NCBI GenBank assembly: GCA_964441565.1
Contig: CAYTWW010000010.1
Coordinates: 3,637 to 67,636, forward strand
Source of the DNA: an uncultured Methanosarcinales archaeon
Lineage (GTDB): Archaea; Nanobdellota; Nanobdellia; Woesearchaeales; GW2011-AR15
Direction: 5' to 3'
DNA: 64,000 nt
The position numbers and the translations under genes are program-made. Below, piece by piece: positions 46,701 through 55,522 of this stretch. A model generated the notes under the pieces. That model searched no databases, had not been told where the DNA came from, and saw only the letters and a list, made by a program, of their open reading frames with translations. How positions within the stretch are numbered: position 1 is the first letter of the stretch; each line of letters starts with the position of its first letter.

Positions 46701-46863
46701 AGGAGATGAATTGAAGGGACATCTGTTGGGGCATGAGGATATGCTCAAGGCGAAGACAGGAGCCAGGAAAGTGAAGATCACGACCGAGGCATCCGCAGGG
46801 ATGAAATACACTGCAGAAGACAATGTCAAGGGCGTGAGGTTCACAATCAGCTTCGACTGGTAA
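43717..46863 (+). CDS. ileS: isoleucyl-tRNA synthetase
   Basis: HIGTAWNKSLKD (HIGH-class motif) and KMSKSLGN. Length 1048 aa with archaeal-type architecture. Confidence 0.95.
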   Translation: MQKYDPNQIEKQILEFWNKNSIHAKAQEKNSGNERFYFLDGPPYTSGKVHIGTAWNKSLKDIVLRYKRMQGFDVWDRAGYDMHGLPTEGRVQKKLGMKSKEEILQYGMDRFINDCKDFAVGNLKMMNEDFKRLGVWMDFENAYQTIKNEYIEGTWWLVKKAHEKGRLYEGQKTMTWCSSCQTALAKHELEYKNVTDKSIFVKFKVKGKENEFLVIWTTTPWTIPFNLAVMVHPELDYIRAKVGEEVWIVSKVLAGGLISGVVGEKFEVLEEFPGEKLEGVHYEHPMEDLFHDDYEKIRKKSPKAHSVILSSEYVDLSAGTGLVHCAPGCGPEDYEVGHREGIAPYNSLDESGVFPSDIPVFASKKAKKDDQAFIDELEKRGAIVAITEVEHDYAHCWRCKEPVIYRTTTQWFFRIEDLIPRMRELNGESYWVPDWAGKNQFDSWLKNLRDNGITRQRFWGSPLPVWQCRKCKEITVVESRKELKELGASHIPEDIHKPWIDDVTLPCKCGEKMERIPDIMDVWIDAGTASWSCLDFPLKKDLFDALYPADFILEGKDQIRGWFNLLFVASMLAMENMSFKKCYMHGFINDAQGRKMSKSLGNTISPYEVIDKLGADAFRYYAISGANPGLDLNYNMEDCELKRRNLEILWNLFKFTTDMAQTLGVNPEELPESILDNAQEEERFMLSKLNSTIKKATEMMDAYYLEKVPIVIEDLFLSLSRTYIQMVREKASSDDDDEKKLVLYVTYHVLLDTLKMFSIVAPFICEEIYLRLKELYGLKEESIHLNAWPKSDDSRIDTELEANIEVMKSVMQAIYNAREKSQLGARWPVKLVTIASKDESTRKSVKALEDAIKKQANVKEIVITEEFKDAETKVKANFKTIGPDFGQDTPKVIAALAGENDSSIVERLQKGGGKFDLIVSGKKVVVKESHLVLEKIVPQNLEASPFRTGEIFLDKERSRDLVAEGFAREVVRRVQSARKTAGLTKTQQIDLNIQAGDELKGHLLGHEDMLKAKTGARKVKITTEASAGMKYTAEDNVKGVRFTISFDW

Positions 46864-46917
46864 TCTTTGTCCATTTTTGTATTCATATTTTTATATAACT
46901 GATTCTCTCGCAGCCAG

Positions 46918-47427
46918 ATGCAAAGGAATGATGCATATACTCTGCTGCTGGCCTTGGTCAAACAGCAGATGGAAGGAGGCAGATATGGATCAGCCATGGA
47001 GTTACTCTCGAAAGGTGATCTTTCATCACATATCGTCAAAGGGGAGTGTACTGCTGGACTTGCTGCAGAAGTAGCGCGCAGTTATGTCCAAGCCATGGAC
47101 ATCGAATACAGGATAAGACCAGAAGAGAGTCTCATCTCAGCTTTCCAAGAGCTGTACATAGACACAGGAGCTGCCAGGCAGATCGCTGCGCAGATGGATT
47201 CCGCAGGGATGGAGCTGGATCATTTGGGAGGACAGATAAAACCAGGAGAATTGGTGGAGGCGTTGGAGCATCAGTTACGCGCTATCGAGATACTGTACAA
47301 GTCTGGTGCTTCATGCGATACAACAGATGCAAAGACTGGCCTAACATGCCTCCTCAATGCATACGCCAGCTATGCAGAGAGCCAGCGACCGAAAAAATTA
47401 AATCTGTTGCACTCGATATTCTCCTAG
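46918..47427 (+). CDS. hypothetical protein (169 aa)
   Basis: ORF directly downstream of ileS with no motif. Confidence 0.4.
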   Translation: MQRNDAYTLLLALVKQQMEGGRYGSAMELLSKGDLSSHIVKGECTAGLAAEVARSYVQAMDIEYRIRPEESLISAFQELYIDTGAARQIAAQMDSAGMELDHLGGQIKPGELVEALEHQLRAIEILYKSGASCDTTDAKTGLTCLLNAYASYAESQRPKKLNLLHSIFS

Positions 47428-47736
47428 ATGGACGAGCGTATGCTTCTCAGGATCGCACTCGTGATAGCAGCCATCGGTCTTGCTGTCCTCATCATCATCG
47501 CCAGGCAGATAGAAGTGAATGACACAACAGTTGAGCGCATCGGCGGCTCAAGCGTACGGCTCAAGGGGAAAGTCGTCTCTGTCTCAGGCAACACGATGAT
47601 CGAGATATCCAGGGAGACGACTGAAAAAGTATTCGCATTCGGCAATGTCTCGGTCGAGAAGGGTTCTGTGGTCGAGATTGTCGGCAGGCTTGATGGGGGG
47701 AGGATCATCGCCGACAAGATTACTGTTCTTGGATAG
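47428..47736 (+). CDS. membrane-anchored OB-fold-like small protein (102 aa)
   Basis: N-terminal TM (LLRIALVIAAIGLAVLIII) followed by a beta-rich domain of ~70 aa (VRLKGKVVSV...VEIVGRLDGG). Confidence 0.45.
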   Translation: MDERMLLRIALVIAAIGLAVLIIIARQIEVNDTTVERIGGSSVRLKGKVVSVSGNTMIEISRETTEKVFAFGNVSVEKGSVVEIVGRLDGGRIIADKITVLG

Positions 47737-48007
47737 CAGTGCTTGGATAAGCTGTCTTGGATAAGCAGAGCCTGATGAAGTCTGAAGTCCGCGAATGAGG
47801 GAACAGTAGCATGGGCGCAGGCGAGCAATAGCGAGTAGGACAGATCGCAGGTCTGGCCGTCTGCCTGCCTATGGTGCTACTGTTCCTACCAGTTCTGATT
47901 TTATCGTGCTTCTTCTTGATTTTTATTTAGCCGATGTCGCTCCTCCTCACCTTATAGCAAACTATTTAAACCCTATTCGTTATTAGTTTCTTAAAAAGGG
48001 GGAGTAG

Positions 48008-50518
48008 ATGAAGAAGCATTACAAGCTGTTTTCGATAATAGAGAAGTTCATCGCCAAGACCGGCGGAACATGGAAACATTCTGAGTATCTTACGCTTATC
48101 GATGAGATCAAGGACAAGGGGATAAAGATCAATGAATCCCAACTCAAGAGATTCCTGGAGAAGGAGCGCGGCAAGCGCATGTCACTTTCTAAGGCGAAGA
48201 CCATCTGCAGGAAATTTGCCAAGGATCACAGAGGAACATGGACAAAAGGAGAGGCTGTGGCACTCTATTCTGATCTCAGGAGCAAGGGATATGCAGGCAC
48301 TACTGCTGACTTCGATAAGCTCCTATCCGCAGAACAGAAGAAGATCAAGAGCAGGAAACTCGATCCCCTCCCGGTCTATGAGCTTGAGAAGGAGCTTGGG
48401 AGGAAAGAGGCATTCCTGGACAAGCTTTCCGGAAACCTCCTCAAGAAAGAAGATATACTTGTCGAAGAGAAGCAGGCGGAGAGGATCACCGAGCATGAGC
48501 TTTCTGAACTGGAGAAGAGGATCGCAAAAGAAAAGCGACATGTCGAAGAGGAACATGATTCCTTGATCGCTCAGAAGGAAGAACTCAGGAAGGAGAAGGA
48601 AGCACTTGAGACCAGGGCCTCAGCGCTCATGGCAAGGGAGAAAGAGCTGAAGGAGAAGATGGCCCTGGCGCAGGAGCATGGGGATCTTGCGCTCCTCAAG
48701 TACAGGAAGATATCTGAGAGGGAGAAAGAACTGAACCAGCATGAGAAGAAGCTTTCGATGCGTGAGGCGGCTCTAGCGAAAAGGTTCAAGCTCCTGATAA
48801 AGGAAAGGCTCCTGCATGAGAAGAAGTGCCAAGAGGCGAAGGCTGTCACAGAAAGAGAGAGCAAGCTTAGCCTGAGAGAAAACGAGATGATCGAGAAAGC
48901 TGCCAAGGCCCAGTCTGAAAGGAAGGCGCTCAGGAGCGAGAAGGCTTCATTCACAAGAATGAGGCAGAAACTGGAAGCTGACGAGCAGAAGCTGAAGATC
49001 GAACGCCAGGATTTCGACAAGATAAAGAAGGAGATAGCAGAGCTTGAGACCAAGATCCTCAAGAAGGAGTTCGAGGTGAACAAGCAGGAGAAAGAGCTCT
49101 CAGGCAGATTCATCGAGCTCAAGGAGCGTGAGAGCAAGCTCAGGCGTGAAGAGCATGATTTCACACGCGTAAGGCATGATACTGAGAAAGAGAGCATGTC
49201 TCTCGACAAGAAGAAGGAGGATCTCAAGCAGGAGATAGGGAAGCTGCATATGCAGATGGTAGCGCTTCAGGATGAGGAGAAGTCGCTTCATAAGATATCT
49301 GCCAGGATCGAGCAGGAGAGGAAGGAACTTAGCAGATCTGAGAAAGATATGGAAGAGAGGAGCGCTGCATTGTCAAGGGCGAGGGAATCTGTCGCCAAGC
49401 TTGAAGATGAACTGGCACTCCGTGAGAAGCAGCTTGAGTTGAGTTCCTCTGCTCTTGAGAAGGAGAAGGAGAAGATACAGCAGCTTGCGAATGAAGCAGA
49501 GAAATCCGCGCTGAGGCAGAAAGAGAAGGAGATCGGACTTAAGTCACAGGCTGAAGAGCTCTCATCATTGAAGAAGGAAGTATTCCAGAAAGAGAAGGAC
49601 CTGGCTTCAAAAGAGCTGTCACTTATAGAGCGAGAGAAGGATATTGAGAAGCTCATAAAGATACTCAAGCAGGAGAAGGAGCTGTCTGGCAAGCAGGAAC
49701 AAGAGCTATCCCACAGGCATCTGCAGCTCGATGAGCAGGAGAAGAAGCTCATCGCCCGGGAACAGGGGATAGACCTCCAGGTGAAGAAACATAATGATGA
49801 CCTGCTCGCGCTCCAGCAAGAGAAGAGCAGGCTGGACTCGAGGGAACTCCAGCTCAACAAGTTCGAGGCAAGGCTCAACAAGAGGGAACAGACCATTGCT
49901 TTGACCGAAGGAGAACTCAAGGACAGACTGAAAGATATAAGGTCCAAGGAATCGCTCCTGGAGAAAGAAGCAAAGAAGCAGCAGGAACTGCTTGAGACTG
50001 TCAAGTCGCGGATATCAGATGCAGAGCGTATCGAACAGGACAACAGGCACCGCGAGAAAGACCTGCAGATCGAGATCGAGAAGCTCTCACAGAAGAAGTT
50101 CGATTATGAGCGTCAGCTTGAGATGGTCCAGCGTGAGCATTCCAAGCTCTTGGCTGAAGGGAAGACATGGGAGAAGAAGACTTCTGATCTCAGGCAAAGC
50201 TATGAGCACCTGCTCCAGAAGGTCCAGGAAGAAGGTCAAAGGCTCTCTCAACTCAATGATGAGATCGAAAAAGCGAAGAAGATCAAATCAACCCATGACC
50301 ATGACATAATGTTGCGCCGGCATGAATTCGATGAACGAGAGCAGGGTCTCAAGAGAGCTGAAGCAGACCTTTATGCCGCAAGGATCCACCTGGACGAGAT
50401 CAAGAATGAGTATGTATCAGAGCTTGCGAGGCTCAAAGAGAGGCACATAGAACTGAAGAAATATGAAGCATCAATCCAGAAACTCGAGCACTTCGCAAAG
50501 AAGGAGCTCACCCACTGA
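48008..50518 (+). CDS. 836-aa protein: ~130-aa globular N-domain + ~700-aa continuous coiled coil
   Basis: KEKELxxKE heptad-like periodicity throughout. No Walker A/B, so it is not SMC/Rad50. Antisense ORFs in this span are Ser/Leu/Phe-rich artefacts. Confidence 0.7.
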   Translation: MKKHYKLFSIIEKFIAKTGGTWKHSEYLTLIDEIKDKGIKINESQLKRFLEKERGKRMSLSKAKTICRKFAKDHRGTWTKGEAVALYSDLRSKGYAGTTADFDKLLSAEQKKIKSRKLDPLPVYELEKELGRKEAFLDKLSGNLLKKEDILVEEKQAERITEHELSELEKRIAKEKRHVEEEHDSLIAQKEELRKEKEALETRASALMAREKELKEKMALAQEHGDLALLKYRKISEREKELNQHEKKLSMREAALAKRFKLLIKERLLHEKKCQEAKAVTERESKLSLRENEMIEKAAKAQSERKALRSEKASFTRMRQKLEADEQKLKIERQDFDKIKKEIAELETKILKKEFEVNKQEKELSGRFIELKERESKLRREEHDFTRVRHDTEKESMSLDKKKEDLKQEIGKLHMQMVALQDEEKSLHKISARIEQERKELSRSEKDMEERSAALSRARESVAKLEDELALREKQLELSSSALEKEKEKIQQLANEAEKSALRQKEKEIGLKSQAEELSSLKKEVFQKEKDLASKELSLIEREKDIEKLIKILKQEKELSGKQEQELSHRHLQLDEQEKKLIAREQGIDLQVKKHNDDLLALQQEKSRLDSRELQLNKFEARLNKREQTIALTEGELKDRLKDIRSKESLLEKEAKKQQELLETVKSRISDAERIEQDNRHREKDLQIEIEKLSQKKFDYERQLEMVQREHSKLLAEGKTWEKKTSDLRQSYEHLLQKVQEEGQRLSQLNDEIEKAKKIKSTHDHDIMLRRHEFDEREQGLKRAEADLYAARIHLDEIKNEYVSELARLKERHIELKKYEASIQKLEHFAKKELTH

Positions 50519-51560
50519 GAAGCTGACGAAAGGCAGGTCAAAGAAGACTGGCCTCCTTCCTGGCTCTATCTTGTATACAGGGGAGAATAAATCAGATGTC
50601 CGTGTGCATCTCATCTCATACTCAGAGCACGATTTCACAGAGATAGATGTATCTATCGACGAAGTGAAGCTGGACAGCGCAAAGATCACCTGGATCAACA
50701 TCGATGGGCTGTCAAATCCAGGTATCATCGAGAAGGCTGGCAAGCTATTCAATCTCCATCCCCTGATTATGGAGGACATAGTCACCGTCGGGCAGAGACC
50801 GAAGATCGAAGATATGGGCGAATATTCCTTCATCGTCCTCAAGATGCTTTATTTCGCCAATGGTGAGAAGAAGGAGCTGGTCTCGGAACAGGTAAGCTTC
50901 ATACTGGGGAGCAACTACCTCATCACATTCCAGGAGAAGGAAGGAGATGTCTTCAATGTGATCCGGGAACGCCTCAGGACAAGCAAAGGCAGGATAAGGA
51001 AGCTGGGAGCTGACTACCTGACATACTCGCTTGTCGATTCTGTCATAGACAATTATTTCAATATACTTGAAAGCATAGGAGAGCGGATTGAAAGCCTTGA
51101 AGATATCATGATCTCAAGCCCAACTGCAGAATCGCTTGTCGAGATGTATGGGCTCAAGCGACAGATCCTCTTCCTGACGCAGAGCGTATGGCCTTTGCGC
51201 GGAGTAGTGAATTCCTTCGGCCATTCACTCCAGAGCGACGCGCTAAGGCTCTACATCAGGGACCTGTATGACCATATAGTCCAGATAATCGATACAGTCG
51301 AAGCCTATAGGTCGATACTCTCAGAGATGGTGGAGATATATCTATCGAGCATCAGCAATAAGCTCAATGAGGTCATGAAGATACTTACCATCATATCGAC
51401 GATCTTCATGCCGCTCGCATTCATCACAGGAGTCTATGGCATGAACTTCAAGCACATGCCATTCCTCGAGAACCAGTATGGCTATCCGCTCATCGTCGGG
51501 CTGATGGCCTTCATATCGATATTGATGCTACTATACTTCAGGCGCAAGAGATGGCTATAA
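50463..51560 (+). CDS. corA: CorA-family Mg2+/Co2+ transporter (start uncertain; alternative GTG at 50604)
   Basis: YGMNF GMN motif followed by two C-terminal TM helices. An ATG at 50463 would overlap the upstream gene by 56 nt. GTG at 50604 is preceded by GGGGAG. Confidence 0.8.
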   Translation: MKHQSRNSSTSQRRSSPTEKLTKGRSKKTGLLPGSILYTGENKSDVRVHLISYSEHDFTEIDVSIDEVKLDSAKITWINIDGLSNPGIIEKAGKLFNLHPLIMEDIVTVGQRPKIEDMGEYSFIVLKMLYFANGEKKELVSEQVSFILGSNYLITFQEKEGDVFNVIRERLRTSKGRIRKLGADYLTYSLVDSVIDNYFNILESIGERIESLEDIMISSPTAESLVEMYGLKRQILFLTQSVWPLRGVVNSFGHSLQSDALRLYIRDLYDHIVQIIDTVEAYRSILSEMVEIYLSSISNKLNEVMKILTIISTIFMPLAFITGVYGMNFKHMPFLENQYGYPLIVGLMAFISILMLLYFRRKRWL

Positions 51561-52195
51561 GCGATGTGCTCGCGGTCTTGCGGCTGGTGTCCAGTCAGGT
51601 GAAAGGTGTGGGAGAAATACCAGGTGTAGTTTGGTGCGGGGTGGGAGCATTGGTGTCAGTCGTGTCCTTCCTCACAGTGTTCATCAGGAGGGTCGAGAAG
51701 CCTTTCCTCTTCATAGTCACACTGATAATTGGGATAGTCATGCTGATCTATGGTATCCTGAAGATCAGGGATATGCGAAAGAAGACAGATGAAGAGCTGG
51801 AGAAGAAGATGAAGGCGAGCAGGATGAGCCAGCTCCAGGACCTTGACATCGGACAGCAATACGCAGGCCAGCAGCCTCATCAGCAACAACATCACGCTCA
51901 CCAGCAACAGCCGATGCATGCCCAGCAGTATCATAGCTCACAACAGTATCAACAGCATCCTCAGCACCAGCAATACCATCCGCACAGCCACCATCCGGCG
52001 CAACAGGTGCACCAGCGGCACCCTCACCAGCACTACCAAGGGCAGCAGCGGGGAGGGCCTTTCGAAAGCTCACTTGGGAGCGAAGCTCCATCATTCCACC
52101 CGGATGTGAGGCAGGCCAGGTACTGCCCTAACTGCGGCTCTGTACTAGCTCCTCACCACCGCTTCTGCGCAAGCTGCGGCGCAAGGTCTCAATAA
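51551..52195 (+). CDS. membrane protein with His/Gln-rich low-complexity region and C-terminal zinc ribbon
   Basis: Two TM helices. A ~75-aa stretch of the form HQQQHHAHQQQPMHAQQYH...HPHQHYQ. C-terminal CPNCG...CASCG. It overlaps the corA stop by 10 nt. Confidence 0.55.
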   Translation: MAISDVLAVLRLVSSQVKGVGEIPGVVWCGVGALVSVVSFLTVFIRRVEKPFLFIVTLIIGIVMLIYGILKIRDMRKKTDEELEKKMKASRMSQLQDLDIGQQYAGQQPHQQQHHAHQQQPMHAQQYHSSQQYQQHPQHQQYHPHSHHPAQQVHQRHPHQHYQGQQRGGPFESSLGSEAPSFHPDVRQARYCPNCGSVLAPHHRFCASCGARSQ

Positions 52196-52225
52196 GTCTT
52201 CATTCTAAGGAAAAATTCTTAATTG

Positions 52226-52344
52226 TTGCCACACTGGCAGCTGTCCAAGGCAGATTATCTCGCATTAATGGCGACTATCCTGCCTTGTTCAACATGATAG
52301 TTTTTGAATACCTCTACAGTTTCCAGTGTCAGGCCGGAGGAAGA
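52226..52344. promoter_or_regulatory. candidate origin-recognition-box-like inverted elements upstream of orc1/cdc6
   Basis: tgCCACACTGGca at 52226-52240 and ttTCCAGTGTCAGGccGGAGG at 52318-52344 lie in inverted orientation around an AT-richer ~80-bp spacer. Further palindromes occur at 52478-52499 and 52515-52544. Confidence 0.35.
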
Positions 52345-52666
52345 TCAGGATAAGGGAGGAACTAGAGCAGCTGTAACAGGAGCTAGATATCTTCTGCTTC
52401 TGTTCTGCGCGTTAAGCCTGTATCTGTTCGTGTTTGTACAGTTCAATTTTTTCTTTCCAAACAAGGCAGCTTGCTATCTTGTTCCTGAATGGGAACAAGT
52501 AAGCACACAATCAGTTTGCTTCGGAGCAGTGTTGCTGAAGCAAGATAATACCGCAGAGTTGCGACTATCATTTGCTCTGGAAATTGGAAAAAGAAAAAAG
52601 GTAAATTTTGGGGAGGGTTGTAAGGTCTAGGACTGGATCCCCAATAAATATAAAAACGCCTGCGGA

Positions 52667-53746
52667 TTGTTATGCTTCATGTCTGTTTTCGATGATATGC
52701 TCAAGTCAGGGGAGTCTGTCTTTCTCGATGAGGTTGCGCTTGATTACAGTTATCTGCCGAAGATGATCCCGTACAGGGAGAACGAGCAGCATCAGATCGC
52801 GCTCGCGATCAAACCGCTCTTCTCAAGGAGGAACGGCAAGAACGTGATGGTCTACGGAACTCCAGGAGTAGGCAAGACTGTCGCTGTCAGGCATGTGCTC
52901 AAGGAGCTTGAAGAGCAGACAGACGATATCATCCCTATCTACATCAACTGCTGGCAGAAGAACACATCCTATAAGATAGCGCTCGAGCTTTGCGAGATCC
53001 TCGGATACAGGTTCACGCACAACAAGAAGACAGAGGACCTTCTCGCTGTCGCAGTCGATATCATAAACAAGAAGTCAGCAGTCTTCTGCCTTGACGAGGT
53101 CGACAAGGCTGAGGAGCTTGATTTCTTATACACGTTCCTGGAATCAGTATTCAGGAAATCCCTCATACTCATCACGAACTACAAGTCATGGGTCGTAGAC
53201 CTTGACGAGAGGATAAGGTCCAGGCTTACTCTTGAGTTCCAGGAGTTCAGGAAATACAATTCGCATGAGATACATGGGATCCTCAAGGAGAGGCTCAAGT
53301 ATGCCTTTGTCAGCGGTGTCTGGGAGACAGATGCTTTCGAGCTTGCGGCTAAGAGAGCATATGAGGCAGGGGATGTGAGGACAGGCCTCTACCTCCTCAG
53401 GGAAGCAGGCAACGCAGCAGAAGATTCTGCGTCGAAGAAGATCACCCAGGAGCATGTGAGCTCAGCGATAGCCAAGCTGTCAGAATTCAATATCAAGAAG
53501 AGCACAGACCTATCTGACGATGAGCGATTCATCCTTGATGTCGTCAAGGAGAACTCAGGCAAGAAGATAGGCGACATGTACATGGCTTTCAAGGCCAAGG
53601 GCGGTGATGCCAGCTACAAGACCTTCCAGCGCAAGATCGAGAAGCTGGGGAGGAATTCGTTCATCCAGCTTGAGAAGACTGCTGGAGGAAAAGAAGGGAA
53701 TACTACCATCATCAGCTATGCCCAAAGGAAGCTCAACGAATACTGA
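52667..53746 (+). CDS. cdc6: Orc1/Cdc6 replication initiator
   Basis: VMVYGTPGVGKT Walker A. Sensor and DEVD Walker B. C-terminal winged helix. Length 359 aa. Confidence 0.85.
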   Translation: MLCFMSVFDDMLKSGESVFLDEVALDYSYLPKMIPYRENEQHQIALAIKPLFSRRNGKNVMVYGTPGVGKTVAVRHVLKELEEQTDDIIPIYINCWQKNTSYKIALELCEILGYRFTHNKKTEDLLAVAVDIINKKSAVFCLDEVDKAEELDFLYTFLESVFRKSLILITNYKSWVVDLDERIRSRLTLEFQEFRKYNSHEIHGILKERLKYAFVSGVWETDAFELAAKRAYEAGDVRTGLYLLREAGNAAEDSASKKITQEHVSSAIAKLSEFNIKKSTDLSDDERFILDVVKENSGKKIGDMYMAFKAKGGDASYKTFQRKIEKLGRNSFIQLEKTAGGKEGNTTIISYAQRKLNEY

Positions 53747-53765
53747 CAAGTTCTTTCTCATTTCT

Positions 53766-55001
53766 TCAGCGTAAGTAATCCCAGAACTTCTCAGTCTCTT
53801 CCATCGGATGGAAATATCCTCCGTAAGCAGGAAGATTTCCCAGCTTCAGAGAGAGGTCAGAAAGCGTCCTCACAGGTTCCTCCCCTCCGATGCCTACCTT
53901 ATAGAATGAATCCTTCCACAGCTGGCTTCCGAAACCATCAATGTTTACTTCCGGGAAATGCTCTTCGAATGCCTCCATCGACCAGTCATAGGATATCCTC
54001 GCATCCTCCAGATAGTCATACAGGGCATCCTTCACGATAAGCTTCTGAGCAGGGGCCAACTTGTAATGGAACAGGAGAGCCTCATATGATACACCTTCTG
54101 CCTGGCTCTCTGTCGAGATCTGCCTGTTGTTTGATTCAGTGGCATAGTCTCTGCCCCAATCATGGTGGAATGATATATCTGCGAGATAGAGCTTCTTGTC
54201 TGTATAGATCCAGGCTGCCATGCTGTCTGGATGGTCCCATGCATTCTCGACATCGTATGCACGTTGCAGGGCGTGTGTCATCTCGTGATAGATCAGCATC
54301 CTCACTGATGCATCCCTCAATATCCTCCTGTCCCTGCTGAGCCCTGCCTTCTCAAGCTTCTCCATCCTGTTGTAGATGTCAAAGGCATAAATATCAAGCC
54401 TGAGTCGTGAATGGACGAGGCGCTCTGCCGGTGTCACTGCTGTGAGAGGCACATCTTCTACATTTACCGCGTGATACTCGATCCTCTCAGGTGGCAGCAC
54501 ATCCTGCAACCTGGCGATATAGCGGTCAGCCACATCTTTTGCCTGGATGAAAGATAAGTATTCCTCATGGGCTGATCTGATGACTTGCTCAACATCATCC
54601 TTCTCATCTATCAACAGGATAGCATAATCGTCAGGAATGATATAATCCTCCTGATAAGCGTTCTCCTGGATGAGCTTCTCCAGATACTCATCATCATAGT
54701 CAGAGGGTGAGATAGGGATCTGAGAGACACCATCCCAATCCTTCCTGATAAGTATCTTCAGCGTCTCCTCAAGGAAATCTACTTCTGGGATGAATGATCT
54801 CTTCGCTTGTTTGAGGACCGCATGTTCATGGTAGAGCTCATCGCTCTCTCCTTCCTCCCAGGAGAGTGCCTCATCATTCTCTGCTATAGGGATGTCTTCC
54901 AGCGAATCATCCATAGGAGAGATATCTACGGGATGATTATCATCTTGCACTGATGTGCATGAAATAAGTAATAGAAGAAAAAATGGGGCTACTTTCCCCA
55001 T
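53766..55001 (-). CDS. lipoprotein with HExxH zinc-metallopeptidase motif (start at internal Met, 412 aa)
   Basis: MGKVAPFFLLLLISC lipobox. RMLIYHEMTHALQ contains HEMTH. The track ORF's extra 147 N-terminal codons overlap the upstream membrane gene in another frame. Confidence 0.6.
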   Translation of the reverse strand: MGKVAPFFLLLLISCTSVQDDNHPVDISPMDDSLEDIPIAENDEALSWEEGESDELYHEHAVLKQAKRSFIPEVDFLEETLKILIRKDWDGVSQIPISPSDYDDEYLEKLIQENAYQEDYIIPDDYAILLIDEKDDVEQVIRSAHEEYLSFIQAKDVADRYIARLQDVLPPERIEYHAVNVEDVPLTAVTPAERLVHSRLRLDIYAFDIYNRMEKLEKAGLSRDRRILRDASVRMLIYHEMTHALQRAYDVENAWDHPDSMAAWIYTDKKLYLADISFHHDWGRDYATESNNRQISTESQAEGVSYEALLFHYKLAPAQKLIVKDALYDYLEDARISYDWSMEAFEEHFPEVNIDGFGSQLWKDSFYKVGIGGEEPVRTLSDLSLKLGNLPAYGGYFHPMEETEKFWDYLR

Positions 55002-55447
55002 GCAAGGATTCCCCACATCACAATGCTCCATATCCCTCCAACAAATGGGATGAGCGTGATGATGGCCCACCAGCCTGGTTTCCCTCTGGCTTCGCAGATC
55101 TTGTATGTCCAGATCACGATGAAGATAGTCAGAGCGATTGTGCCGATGAATCCTATCACTGGGATGAATGCGCTCAGCAATAGGAGCACAGGCCACCAGT
55201 GCATCTTGGCCATCTTGGCCATGAGCACAAGGTTCCCGATAGGCACCCATGCCAGCCATGCAGGCTCGACTTTGAGCCTTTTCGCGACATTCATGAGCGC
55301 AAGCCCCATGAAGATGTACATCGCTATCGCGAATATGAAGAAGAACACAAGGAATCCAGCCATCACAGCCATGATCCCTGCGAATGCTTCTGCTTCTCCC
55401 CCTGTCAAGGGAGGAAATGTATCTGTCTGGAAAAGCAAACATATCAC
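54989..55447 (-). CDS. 4-TM membrane protein (152 aa), co-operonic with the metallopeptidase lipoprotein
   Basis: Four hydrophobic helices. It has an 11-nt overlap (ATGGGGAAAGTAG) with the downstream lipoprotein gene. Confidence 0.5.
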   Translation of the reverse strand: MICLLFQTDTFPPLTGGEAEAFAGIMAVMAGFLVFFFIFAIAMYIFMGLALMNVAKRLKVEPAWLAWVPIGNLVLMAKMAKMHWWPVLLLLSAFIPVIGFIGTIALTIFIVIWTYKICEARGKPGWWAIITLIPFVGGIWSIVMWGILAWGK

Positions 55448-55522
55448 CTCGATTGTCTATATTAGAATGAATCCCGTCAGTAGAGTTAATAAATCTTTCT
55501 TAATAGAGAATATCAAAGAAAA

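Noticed and set aside
48571-50043. Two long minus-strand ORFs (218 and 251 aa) inside the coiled-coil gene
   Set aside because: Their products are Ser/Leu/Phe-rich, the antisense image of a GAG/AAG-rich coding strand. The plus-strand frame has coherent heptad periodicity.
48008-50518. SMC/Rad50 identity for the coiled-coil protein, given scpA in the window
   Set aside because: No Walker A/B, signature motif or hinge. The N-domain is only ~130 aa.
52304-52630. 107-aa plus-strand ORF in the cdc6 upstream region
   Set aside because: It lies in a palindrome-rich, A-rich non-coding region. The product is low complexity with no start context. The region is better explained as origin/promoter.
55002-55442. 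147-codon N-terminal extension of the 558-aa track ORF
   Set aside because: It overlaps a well-formed 4-TM ORF in another frame. A lipobox Met start (MGKVAPFF...LISC) lies at 55001 with stop-start overlap.
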